Shown here: positions 39,938-50,257 of the stretch, piece after piece
Position numbering within the stretch: the stretch's first letter is position 1
How the letters are laid out: each line of letters begins with the position of its first letter
Source of the DNA: Candidatus Zymogenaceae bacterium
GTDB lineage: Bacteria > Desulfobacterota > Zymogenia > Zymogenales > Zymogenaceae
DNA length: 64,000 nucleotides
Direction of reading: 5' to 3'
NCBI GenBank assembly: GCA_016931225.1
Contig: JAFGFE010000035.1
Span: 119,638 to 183,637 of the forward strand
Program-made: the position numbers and the translations under genes
Notes under the pieces: generated by a model
Databases searched by the model: none
Told to the model about the DNA's origin: nothing
What the model saw: only the letters and a program-made list of their open reading frames with translations

Positions 39938-39972
39938 AAAGCCCCTGGAGGAAACTCCAGGGGCTTTTTTAC
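39938..39972 (+). terminator. rho-independent terminator after porin gene
   Basis: AAAAGCCCCTGGAGgaaaCTCCAGGGGCTTTTTT. Confidence 0.65.
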
Positions 39973-40039
39973 ATTTTTTATATGCCTATCGTCCCTGTAC
40001 CGAGCGCCGCCCGGTATGGGAAGTTGAAAATGATCGCCC

Positions 40040-41953
40040 TTACGCCGCACCCCTTTTTTTGAGATGCACCAAGAGGATCGATACCGCCGCCGGCGTAATC
40101 CCCGGCGTGCGGGAGGCCTGGCCCACCGTCTCCGGGCGAATCCGCTCCAGAATTTCCACGACCTCACTGGAAAGACCGGCGAGCCCGTCATAGCGAAAAT
40201 CCTCCGGGATCTTCACCCCCTCCATCTTTTTAAACCGATGGATCTGCTCGTCCTGCCGCCTGAGATACCCCTCGTACTTGATTTCGACGGCCGCCTCGGC
40301 CAGGGCGGAGGGGGGAATCGATTCCAGATTCCGGGCCGTCTCGGACACCGCTCCCCGGGCGATGTTCATCAGCATATCCACGTCCACCTCGGGCCGGCGC
40401 AGCACCTCTCCCAGGGTCGATTGTTTCTTCAGGTCGTTCAATCCCAGGGAATGAAATAAATCAAGTACCTTAGTCGACGGGGACATCTTCACCTGAAACA
40501 GCTCCAGGCACCGCTCATACGCCCGCCGCTTCTCCTCAAAGATCTTCCATGCGTCGTCGTCGATGAGGCCGATCTCCCTTCCCAGGGGTGTCAACCGAAA
40601 GACGGCGTTTCCCTCCCTGAGGCTCAGGCGATACTCGGCCCGGGAGGTGAACATGCGGTACGGCTCGACCACGCCCCGGGTGACCAGGTCGTCGATCATC
40701 ACGCCGATGTACCCCTGGGATCGGGAGATCACCACCGGGTCCCTCTTCTGGACGGTGAGCGCCGCGTTGATACCCGCGATGATCCCCTGGGCCGCCGCCT
40801 CCTCGTACCCGGAGGTGCCATTGATCTGTCCGGCCAGAAACAGGCCTGTGACCTTTTTTGTCTCCAGGGTGACCCGAAGCTGGGTGGGCTGCACCATATC
40901 GTACCGGATCGCGTAGGCCGGACGTATCATCCGCGCCTCCTCCAACCCGGGAATGTGACGGATGATCTCCCGCTGGGCCTCGATCCCCAGGGTGGTGAAG
41001 ATGCCGTTGGCATACACCTCTGATGTGGTGTATCCCTCCGGCTCGAGAAATATCTGGTGCCGATCCTTCTCGGGAAAAAAGAGCACCTTCTCCTCGATGG
41101 AGGGGCAGTAGCGGGGGCCCTTACGGGCGTGGTAGACGTCGCTGACGACTTTTGTATCCATCACCCGCCGTATGACGTCGTGGGTCCGTTGATCTGTGTA
41201 CGTGATATAACAGGGGACCTGGGGCCGATCAATGGGGGGGCTTCGAAATGAGAAGGGGGTGACCTTTTCCTGGAGCGGCTGCATCTCGGTTTTCGCCCAG
41301 TCGATGGTCCGCCCGTCCAGCCTGGGCGTGGTGGCGGTGGAGAACCGACCGATTTCGATCCCCGCCGATTCCAACGACCGGGACAGACCGATGGACGGTG
41401 GGTCCCCCATCCGCCCCGCCGGAAAGGTCATCTCCCCGATGCGGGCGAGGCCCTCCATGAAGGTTCCGGTGGCTATGACCACGGCCCGGGCGTGATACTC
41501 GTTTCCGTACTCCGTTCTGACCCCGCGCACCCGGCCGCCGTCGATGATCAATTCTTTTACCATCTCCTGAGTCAGAGAGAGATTCGGCGTGCCCTCGATT
41601 TGCCACTTCATGTACGCCCGGTAGGCGACTCGGTCCGCCTGGGCCCGGGAAGACTGGACCGCCGGGCCCTTCGTGGTGTTGAGGGTGCGAAACTGGATGC
41701 CGGCAAAATCGATGGCCAGCCCCATCTCTCCCCCCAGGGCGTCTATCTCCTTGACGAGCTGCCCCTTGGCAAGCCCGCCGACGGCCGGGTTACAGGACAT
41801 CTGGCCGATGTTGTCGACGTTGTTTGTGACCAGCAGTGCGGCGCATCCCATGCGTGCGGCGGCGAGGGCCGCCTCGCACCCGGCATGGCCGGCCCCCACG
41901 ATTATCACATCAAAGGAGCCGCCCGGAGACGATATGGAGGGGGTATCCGTCAT
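40040..41953 (-). CDS. mnmG: tRNA uridine 5-carboxymethylaminomethyl modification enzyme
   Basis: ORF to 42022; probable start MTDTPS.. at 41953. [19 protein letters not shown] motif and full-length MnmG/GidA colinearity. Confidence 0.85.
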   Translation of the reverse strand: MTDTPSISSPGGSFDVIIVGAGHAGCEAALAAARMGCAALLVTNNVDNIGQMSCNPAVGGLAKGQLVKEIDALGGEMGLAIDFAGIQFRTLNTTKGPAVQSSRAQADRVAYRAYMKWQIEGTPNLSLTQEMVKELIIDGGRVRGVRTEYGNEYHARAVVIATGTFMEGLARIGEMTFPAGRMGDPPSIGLSRSLESAGIEIGRFSTATTPRLDGRTIDWAKTEMQPLQEKVTPFSFRSPPIDRPQVPCYITYTDQRTHDVIRRVMDTKVVSDVYHARKGPRYCPSIEEKVLFFPEKDRHQIFLEPEGYTTSEVYANGIFTTLGIEAQREIIRHIPGLEEARMIRPAYAIRYDMVQPTQLRVTLETKKVTGLFLAGQINGTSGYEEAAAQGIIAGINAALTVQKRDPVVISRSQGYIGVMIDDLVTRGVVEPYRMFTSRAEYRLSLREGNAVFRLTPLGREIGLIDDDAWKIFEEKRRAYERCLELFQVKMSPSTKVLDLFHSLGLNDLKKQSTLGEVLRRPEVDVDMLMNIARGAVSETARNLESIPPSALAEAAVEIKYEGYLRRQDEQIHRFKKMEGVKIPEDFRYDGLAGLSSEVVEILERIRPETVGQASRTPGITPAAVSILLVHLKKRGAA

Positions 41954-41960
41954 GTTTTCC

Positions 41961-43148
41961 TCAGGCGGGCTGTGCAATCTCTTCATCGGTGAGGTAACAG
42001 GCGGGATCGGACGCCCAGACATCGCCGGTCATGGCCTCCGCCCGGGCCCGGAAGTTCCCGGCGCAGATATCCAGCCACCGGCATGAGGCGCATCTCCCGG
42101 TAACGAACTGTTTTTTATCCCTGAGGCGGCTCAGAAGGGGATGGTTGGGATCCGTCCAGATGGCCGAGAAGGGGCGCTCCCGGACGCTCCCCAGGGGGTG
42201 GTTTCGCCAGAACTGGTCGGCATAGACCGTGCCGTCCCAGCTGATGCAGCCGATGCCCACGCCTGAGGAGTTGCCCTGGTTTCGCATGAGGAGCCTGAAG
42301 ACCTCGTCCGCCCTCTCCGGGTCTTCCCGAAGCAGCCGGAGATAGAGATACGGCCCGTCGGCGTGGTTGTCCACCGTCAGGACTTCCGGCTCCCGCCCCC
42401 GATCGAAGAGCTTCTTGGTCTCGTCGATGATGGTATCGAGGACATCCCTCGTCTCCTCATGGGTCAAGAGCGCATCAAAGAGGTCCGTCCCCCTGCCGGT
42501 CACCACGAGGTGATAGAAACATATTCGGGGGACGCCCTCGTCCTCGAGGAGACGGAATATGCCGGGGATCTCCGCCCGGTTCGCCCGGTTGATGGTCAGC
42601 CGGAGGCCCACCTTGATGCCCGCCGCCATGCTGTTCCTGATGCCGGAAAGGGCGTTTTTGAACGCACCGGGAACCCGCCTGAAGGTATCGTGGGTCTCTT
42701 CCAATCCGTCCAGACTCACCCCGACGTATGAGAGCCCCAACTCGCCGAGCCGCCGGGCGCGCTTTTCGGTGATGAGGGTGCCGTTGGTGGAGATGACCGC
42801 CCGCATCCCGCGGTTCTTGGCGTGGGCGATCAGCTCATCAAGGTCCGGGCGCATCAACGGCTCGCCCCCGGAGAAGAGAATCACCGGCGCCCCGAATTTC
42901 ACCAGGTCGTCTATGACCCCCATCGCCTCGTCGGTGGAAAGCTCGTCGGTGTAATCGATATTCTCGGAGTCGCTGTAGCAGTGGACGCACTTCAGATTGC
43001 ACCGACGGGTGCAGTTGAAGACCACCACCGGCTTCTTATCCTCGGAGAACTGCAGGAGATGGGACGGGAGCTGATCGGAACGACACCCGTATCGCAGCAC
43101 ATCCGACTCCTCCACGGCACCCATATACAACTTTGAAATTCCTATCAT
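41961..43148 (-). CDS. radical SAM/SPASM heme-biosynthesis protein (AhbC/AhbD, NirJ family)
   Basis: ORF to 43307 overlaps mnmG; likely start MIGISK at 43148 (ATGA overlap with upstream gene). CNLKCVHCY radical-SAM motif, C-terminal Cys-rich SPASM region. Confidence 0.6.
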   Translation of the reverse strand: MIGISKLYMGAVEESDVLRYGCRSDQLPSHLLQFSEDKKPVVVFNCTRRCNLKCVHCYSDSENIDYTDELSTDEAMGVIDDLVKFGAPVILFSGGEPLMRPDLDELIAHAKNRGMRAVISTNGTLITEKRARRLGELGLSYVGVSLDGLEETHDTFRRVPGAFKNALSGIRNSMAAGIKVGLRLTINRANRAEIPGIFRLLEDEGVPRICFYHLVVTGRGTDLFDALLTHEETRDVLDTIIDETKKLFDRGREPEVLTVDNHADGPYLYLRLLREDPERADEVFRLLMRNQGNSSGVGIGCISWDGTVYADQFWRNHPLGSVRERPFSAIWTDPNHPLLSRLRDKKQFVTGRCASCRWLDICAGNFRARAEAMTGDVWASDPACYLTDEEIAQPA

Positions 43149-44698
43149 GATTCGCCTGTAACGTGATGTATGATCGCCTGAACCAGGCCCGGTATTGTAT
43201 ATTCCGCGGCCTCCGCCGCCACGTGAAATCCCGCTCTTTGCGCCTTGTCGGTCGTCACCGGGCCGATGGAGACGGCCTCCGGGACGACGACCGATCCATC
43301 GTCCCATATGGTATTGATGCGAAACATCTCCCCCAGGTTCACGGCGGTAGAGCCGCTTGCGAAGGTCAATAAATCCGCACCATCCAGGGTACGTGCGATC
43401 TCCTCTCGGGAGACCTCGGGGCGTACGGCCCGATACGCCGCCACATCGTCCACATCAGCGTCTTCCGCCTTTAGACGCTCCGGGAGGACCGGCCGGGCAA
43501 CTTGTGCGCGAAAGAGGAGTATCCGCTTCCCCTTCACGCCGCCGGGCACGTAATCGATGATCGCATCTGCCAGAGCCTCGGCGATGAATTCATCCGGCAC
43601 CACATCCGGCACGATTCCGTGATCTTCCAAGGCGACCTTCGTCCCCGGCCCCATCGCCGCCACCACGGCCCGACCGAGGGCCCGTGTGTCCTTTCCCAGC
43701 TCATCCAGGATCGAAAAGAACGCCCGAACGCCATTGGGACTGGTAAAAACCACACAATCGTAGCCGCCTATCTCGGCGACGGTCTTTTTTGCCCTTTTCA
43801 TGTCCTCCGGCGGTGCGATCTCGATCGACGGCAGCTCCAGTGGTTCCGCCCCCAGCCGCCGGAGCATTCCGCACAGCTCCCCCGCCTGATGGCTCGCCCG
43901 GGTCACCACAATCTTTTTTCCGAACAGCGGCAGCCGATCGTACCACGCGAGATGCTCCCGTAAGGACGCAACCTCCCCCACCACGAGCACCGCGGGCGCC
44001 GTGACGCCGTGCTTTTCCACCAGGTCGCTGATGGTCCCCAGGGTGCCGAAGACCCCGGATTGCCTGGGCGTCGCCCCCCGGGAGATAACCGCCGCAGGCG
44101 TCTCCGGGGACAATCCCCCCGCCATCAGCCGGGCCGTGTTTTCCTTCAGGCGCTTGACGCCCATCAGGACAACCAGCGTGCCGGAAAAACCGGAGAGGTA
44201 CTCCCAATCCACCCCTTCTTCCGACTTTGTGGGATCCTCATGACCGGTGATGAACGCCACCTGTGACGCCAGGCCCCGGTGGGTCACCGGGATCCCCGCA
44301 TAGGCGGGAACCGCCGCGGCCGCGGTAACTCCGGGGACCACCTCGAAGGGAATCCCCTCTCGGGCGAGGACTAACGCCTCCTCTCCACCCCGGCCGAAGA
44401 TGAATGGATCCCCCCCCTTCAGCCGCACCACGACATCCGCCTGTCTTGCCTTCTCCACCAGGAGCCGGTTGATGTCGTCCTGGGTCATGTAGTGGTGTCC
44501 CCCCTCTTTCCCGGCGAAAAGCATCTCCGCTTTATCCGGGGCGTGGGACAGGATGTCGGGATCGACCAGGTTGTCGTATACCACCACGTCCGCCCGACCG
44601 AGGCACTCCGCCCCTCTGAGGGTCAACAGCCCAGGATCGCCGGGACCCGCCCCCACCAGATAGACCGTGCCGGGGGGTCTTTTCTTATGCGTCATCAT
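43145..44698 (-). CDS. cobA-hemD: bifunctional uroporphyrinogen-III C-methyltransferase / uroporphyrinogen-III synthase
   Basis: 517 aa; N-terminal VYLVGAGPGDPGLLTLRG SAM-MTase (CobA/SUMT) domain followed by HemD-like domain. Confidence 0.7.
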   Translation of the reverse strand: MMTHKKRPPGTVYLVGAGPGDPGLLTLRGAECLGRADVVVYDNLVDPDILSHAPDKAEMLFAGKEGGHHYMTQDDINRLLVEKARQADVVVRLKGGDPFIFGRGGEEALVLAREGIPFEVVPGVTAAAAVPAYAGIPVTHRGLASQVAFITGHEDPTKSEEGVDWEYLSGFSGTLVVLMGVKRLKENTARLMAGGLSPETPAAVISRGATPRQSGVFGTLGTISDLVEKHGVTAPAVLVVGEVASLREHLAWYDRLPLFGKKIVVTRASHQAGELCGMLRRLGAEPLELPSIEIAPPEDMKRAKKTVAEIGGYDCVVFTSPNGVRAFFSILDELGKDTRALGRAVVAAMGPGTKVALEDHGIVPDVVPDEFIAEALADAIIDYVPGGVKGKRILLFRAQVARPVLPERLKAEDADVDDVAAYRAVRPEVSREEIARTLDGADLLTFASGSTAVNLGEMFRINTIWDDGSVVVPEAVSIGPVTTDKAQRAGFHVAAEAAEYTIPGLVQAIIHHVTGES

Positions 44699-44704
44699 TC
44701 GATG

Positions 44705-45622
44705 TCATCCCTCCGGGTGCATGGAAAGGAGCGTATCGGCTCCCTGCCCAAGACAGGTTTCGGCGAGTTTTTTACCGATATCCTCGAAATGATCGGGATG
44801 GCCGGATTCTTCCTCCCTGATGATCCGCGAACCGTTCGGCGCCGATACCATCCCGGTGATTGTCAGCGTTCCGTCTTCAATCCGTGCATATGCGCCCACC
44901 GCCGAGCGGCAGTCGGCCCCCAGGGCCGTCACGAACGCCCGCTCGGAAAGCGCCGTTATCCGGCTCTGTCGGTGGTCCAGCACATCGACCAGCCCCTCAT
45001 CGCCCCGCCGCACCTCCACAGCCAATGCGCCCTGCCCCGCGGCGGGGATAAAATCCTCACCGGCAAGCAGGCAATACGCATCTGGATCAATCCCCAGCCG
45101 CCTCATGCCGGCGGCCGCCAGCAGCGTGGCGTCGCACTCACCCTTTTCTACTTTTTCCATCCTGGTGCCCACGTTCCCCCGAAGCGGCGTTACCACCAGA
45201 TCGGGCCTTTGGGAGAGGAGCTGGGCCTTTCTTCTGAGGCTGGACGTCCCGACGACGGCCCCCTGTGGGAGATCACGAATCGACTGTATCCTTCTTGAGA
45301 AAATCAGGGTGTCCCGGGGGTCCTCACGCACAGGCACGGCCCCCAGTGAAAACGCCTCGTTGGTATCGGCGGGAAGGTCCTTCATGCTGTGAACCGCGAT
45401 GTCGATCGCTCCCGAGGCAAGAGCCTGCTCCAGCTCCTGGACGAACAATCCCTTTCCCCCTATTTTCCACAGGGCGATGCGATCGCTGCGGTCGCCCCGG
45501 GTATTCATCGGAACGAGCTCCGTCTCGACACCGTCAACGGCTTCCGCGAGGAGAGCGGCCACCAGGCGGGTCTGGACCATCGCCAGGGGGCTACGCCTCG
45601 TCCCAATTTTGATCTTCATCAT
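44705..45622 (-). CDS. hemC: hydroxymethylbilane synthase (porphobilinogen deaminase)
   Basis: 305 aa; KIGTRRSPLAMVQ N-terminus typical of HemC. Confidence 0.85.
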   Translation of the reverse strand: MMKIKIGTRRSPLAMVQTRLVAALLAEAVDGVETELVPMNTRGDRSDRIALWKIGGKGLFVQELEQALASGAIDIAVHSMKDLPADTNEAFSLGAVPVREDPRDTLIFSRRIQSIRDLPQGAVVGTSSLRRKAQLLSQRPDLVVTPLRGNVGTRMEKVEKGECDATLLAAAGMRRLGIDPDAYCLLAGEDFIPAAGQGALAVEVRRGDEGLVDVLDHRQSRITALSERAFVTALGADCRSAVGAYARIEDGTLTITGMVSAPNGSRIIREEESGHPDHFEDIGKKLAETCLGQGADTLLSMHPEG

Positions 45623-47588
45623 ATTCCTCGTCCGCCAGCCCCAGAAGCCCCTTGACGACGTTGATGGTCATTTCACTCCCCAGCCAGGGCTCCCGCTTCA
45701 GGTACACGGTCGGATCGTGGAGAATCTTTTTGATAATAGATGTGGTCATGTGCTCCAGCTTTTCACGCTTATTCTCATCCAGTCCTCCCCAGGAAACGAT
45801 GAGTTTTTCCATCTCGTCTTTGCCGATACGCATCAGCTTTTCCCTGAGGGAGATGATGGTCCCCACCATATCCAGACTCTTGAGCCATTCGGAGAACTTG
45901 GCGGTCTCTTCCTCTACGATGGCGCGTGCCCGATCGGCGTCCTCGGCGCGTAGAGCGATGTTTCGAGACACCACGTCTTCCAGATCATCCATATTATACA
46001 GACTCACTCCCGGTATATCGGACACTGAGGGTGCAACATCTCTGGGAACGGCGATATCAATGAGCACGATGGGGCGCTGAGCCCGCCCTTCCATAACCCG
46101 ATGCAGCATCCTGTCCGTGATCACCGGTTCCTGTGACCCGGTGGAGGCGACGACCACATCCGCCTCGACCAGGGCGGACTCCATCTCTTCCCAGGGGAGC
46201 GCCCGGGCGCCGATGCGGGAAAAGCGTTCCGCCAGATCCCGGGCCGTTTTGAAGGTCCGGTTGACGATCACGGCATCCTTTGGACACCTGCCGCACAGAT
46301 GCTGGAGCGTATCCTCGCTCATCTCCCCCGCTCCGATCACCAGGATCCGGGATCCATCGAGATTTCCTAGGACCTCCTCGGCGACCCATACCGCCGCCGA
46401 GCTGACGGACACCGGACGGGATGAGATGGCGGTCTCATTTTTCACCCGCTTTGCCGTAAAAAATGCCCGGTGCATCAGGCGGTTGAGAATCAGTCCTGTG
46501 GTCTCCGCCGTCGTCGCCGATCGATACGAATCCTTCACCTGGCCCAGGATCTGCGGCTCTCCCACCACCATGGAATCGAGGGCCGAGGCCACCTGGAATA
46601 TGTGGGCTATCGCCTCCGCGCCCCGATGAATATAGGAGAACTTCCGCATCCCCTGGGGATCCTTGCCGTGAAACCGCCCGAGATACGAAATCGACGATTC
46701 CACCGCACGATCCACATCGAAGGCGCACCCCAGGATTTCCACCCGGTTGCAGGTGGACAGAACCACGCACTCGGTTATCTCGGCAAACTCCTTGAGTCCC
46801 ACGAGGAAATCCTTGATGAGATCAAGACGCAGTTCCATGCGCTCCCGCACTTCAACCGGTGCCGTCTTGTGGCTCATCCCCACCACGAATATTTCCACCT
46901 TCCGACCGTTCAAGTCTTCGATTTCATCGAAGTCCTCATCGATGCGATGGATGACCCCCTCCTCTTCGAAGAACTCGTTGATAATCCGTGGAACATCCCG
47001 CAGACTTCCCTCCGCGATGATCCGGGCCAGGGGGAGGGACGCGATCTTCCCCATGATCTCTGCCAATCGATCGCCCGTGATCCCGGACTCCCGGAGGGAT
47101 TCCCGGATGCTTCCCATTACCCTGAGCACTCCCGCGTACTCGGGGCCGTATTGGTCCTCCAGGTCCTGGCGGATACGGCGCGCCGTCGCGGGGGATACGC
47201 CGCCGGTGGATATCGCTATGCTGAGATCGCCGCGGTTGACCACCGCCGGGAAGTAGAAATCGCACATGTCCGGTACGTCCGCCACGTTCACCAGGACTCC
47301 CCGACTGCGACACGCCTCCATGATCCGTATGCTCGTCTCCCGATCGTTCACGGCGGCGATACACAGAAAGGCGTCATCCAAAACCTCTGGCTCGAAATCT
47401 TTCCGTATCAACATCACCTCGCCGTGACGATCCAGCTCTTCCAGTCTCGGAGAAAACTCCTTGGATACAACCGTCACCCGTGCGCCGGCGTTAAGAAGCG
47501 CGGATACCTTCCTGGTACCCACGGCACCCCCGCCCACGACCAGGCAGTACTTTCCAAAGACCTTCAGTGATATCGACAGCAGATTCAT
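45591..47588 (-). CDS. hemA: fusion protein: precorrin-2 dehydrogenase/sirohydrochlorin ferrochelatase-like N-domain + glutamyl-tRNA reductase
   Basis: 665 aa; residues 1-~190 match SirC/CysG N-domain (LVVGGGAVGTRKV..GARVTVV), remainder is HemA (GMSHKTAPVEVRE, NADP Rossmann, dimerisation tail). Confidence 0.7.
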   Translation of the reverse strand: MNLLSISLKVFGKYCLVVGGGAVGTRKVSALLNAGARVTVVSKEFSPRLEELDRHGEVMLIRKDFEPEVLDDAFLCIAAVNDRETSIRIMEACRSRGVLVNVADVPDMCDFYFPAVVNRGDLSIAISTGGVSPATARRIRQDLEDQYGPEYAGVLRVMGSIRESLRESGITGDRLAEIMGKIASLPLARIIAEGSLRDVPRIINEFFEEEGVIHRIDEDFDEIEDLNGRKVEIFVVGMSHKTAPVEVRERMELRLDLIKDFLVGLKEFAEITECVVLSTCNRVEILGCAFDVDRAVESSISYLGRFHGKDPQGMRKFSYIHRGAEAIAHIFQVASALDSMVVGEPQILGQVKDSYRSATTAETTGLILNRLMHRAFFTAKRVKNETAISSRPVSVSSAAVWVAEEVLGNLDGSRILVIGAGEMSEDTLQHLCGRCPKDAVIVNRTFKTARDLAERFSRIGARALPWEEMESALVEADVVVASTGSQEPVITDRMLHRVMEGRAQRPIVLIDIAVPRDVAPSVSDIPGVSLYNMDDLEDVVSRNIALRAEDADRARAIVEEETAKFSEWLKSLDMVGTIISLREKLMRIGKDEMEKLIVSWGGLDENKREKLEHMTTSIIKKILHDPTVYLKREPWLGSEMTINVVKGLLGLADEEYDEDQNWDEA

Positions 47589-47669
47589 GCGTTCTCTACA
47601 CGTTGTATCGTCATATAAAAAGCCGCCGGTACGATCGGCGGCGTGTACATGGACAAAAAAATCATTGAA

Positions 47670-48065
47670 TCAGGAACTGGCCTTTCGGGTAATCAACTGC
47701 TCCACAAGGATCACAATATCCACAGGCTTTGTGAATTTCGGTATGTGAACCCTCGAGCCCAGCACGTCCCGATTATGCTCGTGGGGCGGTTCCTTGATCA
47801 TCGAGCTGACGGTGACGAAGATGACATCCTTGCTCCAATCAAGATCATGGGCCATTTTCAAAAAACGGGTCCCGCCCACGTTCGGCATTACCTTATCGAC
47901 AATAACAACATCCGGCCTCACATCCTGATATACATCGAATCCCACGCCGCCGTCTTCCGCGGTGAACACCTCAAATCCCGATTCGGAAAATTCCTTCCCC
48001 AGCACATCCCGAAAGAACTTCTCATCATCAATAATGAGCACTCGTGTCTTTTTGCCCTTTTTCAT
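47670..48065 (-). CDS. single-domain response regulator (CheY-like receiver)
   Basis: ORF to 48104; likely start MKKGKKTRVLIIDDE; receiver aspartate pocket and conserved K. Confidence 0.55.
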   Translation of the reverse strand: MKKGKKTRVLIIDDEKFFRDVLGKEFSESGFEVFTAEDGGVGFDVYQDVRPDVVIVDKVMPNVGGTRFLKMAHDLDWSKDVIFVTVSSMIKEPPHEHNRDVLGSRVHIPKFTKPVDIVILVEQLITRKASS

Positions 48066-48081
48066 ACAAATCATCCGAATG

Positions 48082-48504
48082 TCATGGTTCCAACTCTCCG
48101 GCACTCGCCTCCTCTATATACATCACTATACCCTGTAATTCGCTCGGGGTCAAGGCGCCATCGAGCATCGAGAGAAAGAATCTGTAGTATATTGCGAGAA
48201 ATTCCTCCGGTGTAATCCGGCAGGTCAATACTCCGGATATGAGCTGTGAAAAGGATTTTGTCAGCACCCCGGGCTCGTACCCTTGCGGATATTCGGTCAC
48301 AATACGTTCCTCGAACTCAGTAACCGCTTCCATCGATCCCTTCCCGATCAGGTATAAGGAAAACACACCCCCGGCACAGATGAGCACGATGACGCCGAAA
48401 AATATCATGCATCCCATCAGGCACGCCGAGCGTCCCGATTTTTTCCGATCATCGGTCGGAACATCACTCCCGTTCGAGCGGGTGCGATCCGCTTTTTCGT
48501 CCAT
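48082..48504 (-). CDS. hypothetical membrane protein
   Basis: 140 aa, single hydrophobic helix (CLMGCMIFFGVIVLICAGGVF), no recognisable domain. Confidence 0.3.
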   Translation of the reverse strand: MDEKADRTRSNGSDVPTDDRKKSGRSACLMGCMIFFGVIVLICAGGVFSLYLIGKGSMEAVTEFEERIVTEYPQGYEPGVLTKSFSQLISGVLTCRITPEEFLAIYYRFFLSMLDGALTPSELQGIVMYIEEASAGELEP

Positions 48505-48591
48505 CGTCTCTCATCCTCAGTCTGTTACCCCGCACACGGCACGGGTCCTCCCTGACGACCACACCGCACCGCATCAACGACGCCCATTCCG

Positions 48592-49593
48592 TCACGTCAG
48601 TCCGTCGACGACTCCGGCGCACAGAAGTGGAATCATGATTTCATGATGCCCGATCAGATTCACACCCCGACCGGATTTCATCGTCGGCCGGGTTACCACA
48701 TTGGTATGCGGCCGGTACTGCTGCATGAAATCCATATTGACGGCGAAAAAATCCTCTACGGGGTGACCCAGGTTTCGGGCCAGGGCGACGGCTTTCAGGA
48801 AGACCTCGGGCATGATCACCGCCGATCCGATATTAAAATAGACTCCGCCCGAAAGCCCTGCCACGGATGCCGAAAAGAGATAGAAGTCCCGCATCGATGT
48901 CGTGCCGATGTCCGCCCCGTTTGCCGAGGGGTGCATGTGAATAATATCCGTGCCTAAGGCGACGTGAACGGTCACCGGAATGCCGAGGCGCGCACCGGCC
49001 GCCAAAATGCTGCTTGCGCGATACGGCATTTCTTCTTTTTCGATCATCTCACCGACCGATCGCCCCAATCCCATTTTCTGATCATTCTCTGCGGCGCCCC
49101 TGGCAATGGCCCCGTTAAGGATATCCGCCGTATCCCGGGCCATGCCGAAGCTCCCGTCATCAAGGGCCTCGGCCACGTCCTCCGATGTCGATCCTATATA
49201 GGCCAGCTCGAAATCATGAATGATCCCGGCGCCGTTGAGGGCCACATGGCTCACCACGCCCCGCTCCATCAGGTCCACGATCAACGGTCCCATGCCCACC
49301 TTGATGGGATGAGCCCCCATGGAGAACATCACCGGCCTTTTATTCCGCACCGCACGGACGACGGCGTCGATCACCGATTTCAGGTCCCCGGCCGCCAGAA
49401 TATTCGGAAGGCGATCGAAAAACTCCGAGACGGTCATGCCGATTTTGGGCGGTTTCGCGAGGTCCATCGACGAGACCTTGCTGGATCTGCTCTTCGCTTC
49501 GTATGTCCGTATCCCTGAAGGATCCAGGGGATCGATGGGCATTTTTTTCATGTCGCGGCGCTTTGAAACAGTTTGAAATCCACCAGCTCGCAC
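48592..49593 (-). CDS. deoxyhypusine synthase-like (DHS-like NAD-binding fold) protein
   Basis: 333 aa; VMFSMGAHPIKVGMGPLIVDLMERGVVSHVALNGAGIIHDF parallels the DHS FLGFTSN..LVDVIVTTAGGIEED block. Confidence 0.35.
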   Translation of the reverse strand: MRAGGFQTVSKRRDMKKMPIDPLDPSGIRTYEAKSRSSKVSSMDLAKPPKIGMTVSEFFDRLPNILAAGDLKSVIDAVVRAVRNKRPVMFSMGAHPIKVGMGPLIVDLMERGVVSHVALNGAGIIHDFELAYIGSTSEDVAEALDDGSFGMARDTADILNGAIARGAAENDQKMGLGRSVGEMIEKEEMPYRASSILAAGARLGIPVTVHVALGTDIIHMHPSANGADIGTTSMRDFYLFSASVAGLSGGVYFNIGSAVIMPEVFLKAVALARNLGHPVEDFFAVNMDFMQQYRPHTNVVTRPTMKSGRGVNLIGHHEIMIPLLCAGVVDGLT

Positions 49594-50129
49594 AACACAT
49601 GTCCCAGGATGATATGCACCTCCTGGATACGGGGAGTGTCGTTCGAGGGCACGATGAACTCATAATCACACATGCTCAACGCCTTCCCGCCGCTGCCCCC
49701 GGATAAAAGCACGGAGGTGACCCCCAGGGCGTGACACGCCTCGATTCCCCTGATGATATTGGGAGAATTGCCGCTGGTGCTGATGGCCACGGCGACATCC
49801 CCCTTGATCCCCAAGGCCTTTATCTGCTTTGAGAAGACGTCCGCAAAATCATAGTCATTACTGATACTGGTGAGAATCGATGTGTCGGTCGTCAATGCGA
49901 TCGCGGGAAGCGGCGGCCGCTCGATCTTGAATCTGTTGACGAACTCGGCGGCGATATGTTGGGAATCGGCGGCGCTGCCGCCGTTACCGAAGAGCAGCAG
50001 TTTATTGCCCCGGGTAAAGGACTGCGCGATGAGATCGGCGACGGTATCGATGGTTAATTCATATTTTTCGGCAAACTCCTTTTTCAACTGGGCGCTGTCA
50101 ATGAATGCGTTGTGAATGATCTCGTGCAT
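49548..50129 (-). CDS. gmhA: D-sedoheptulose-7-phosphate isomerase (phosphoheptose isomerase)
   Basis: 193 aa SIS protein; LLLFGNGGSAADSQH and AISTSGNSPN motifs of GmhA. Confidence 0.75.
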   Translation of the reverse strand: MHEIIHNAFIDSAQLKKEFAEKYELTIDTVADLIAQSFTRGNKLLLFGNGGSAADSQHIAAEFVNRFKIERPPLPAIALTTDTSILTSISNDYDFADVFSKQIKALGIKGDVAVAISTSGNSPNIIRGIEACHALGVTSVLLSGGSGGKALSMCDYEFIVPSNDTPRIQEVHIILGHVLCELVDFKLFQSAAT

Positions 50130-50257
50130 CTGTTTCGCTTCCTTCGGTACAATCCATTTTTGCTGTATTATTATGCGGTTTCACTATACATAACGGTCGC
50201 TCATCCTGTCAAGACAATTACCGGTACCACACGATCCCTCTCCCCTCTCCCGTATGA

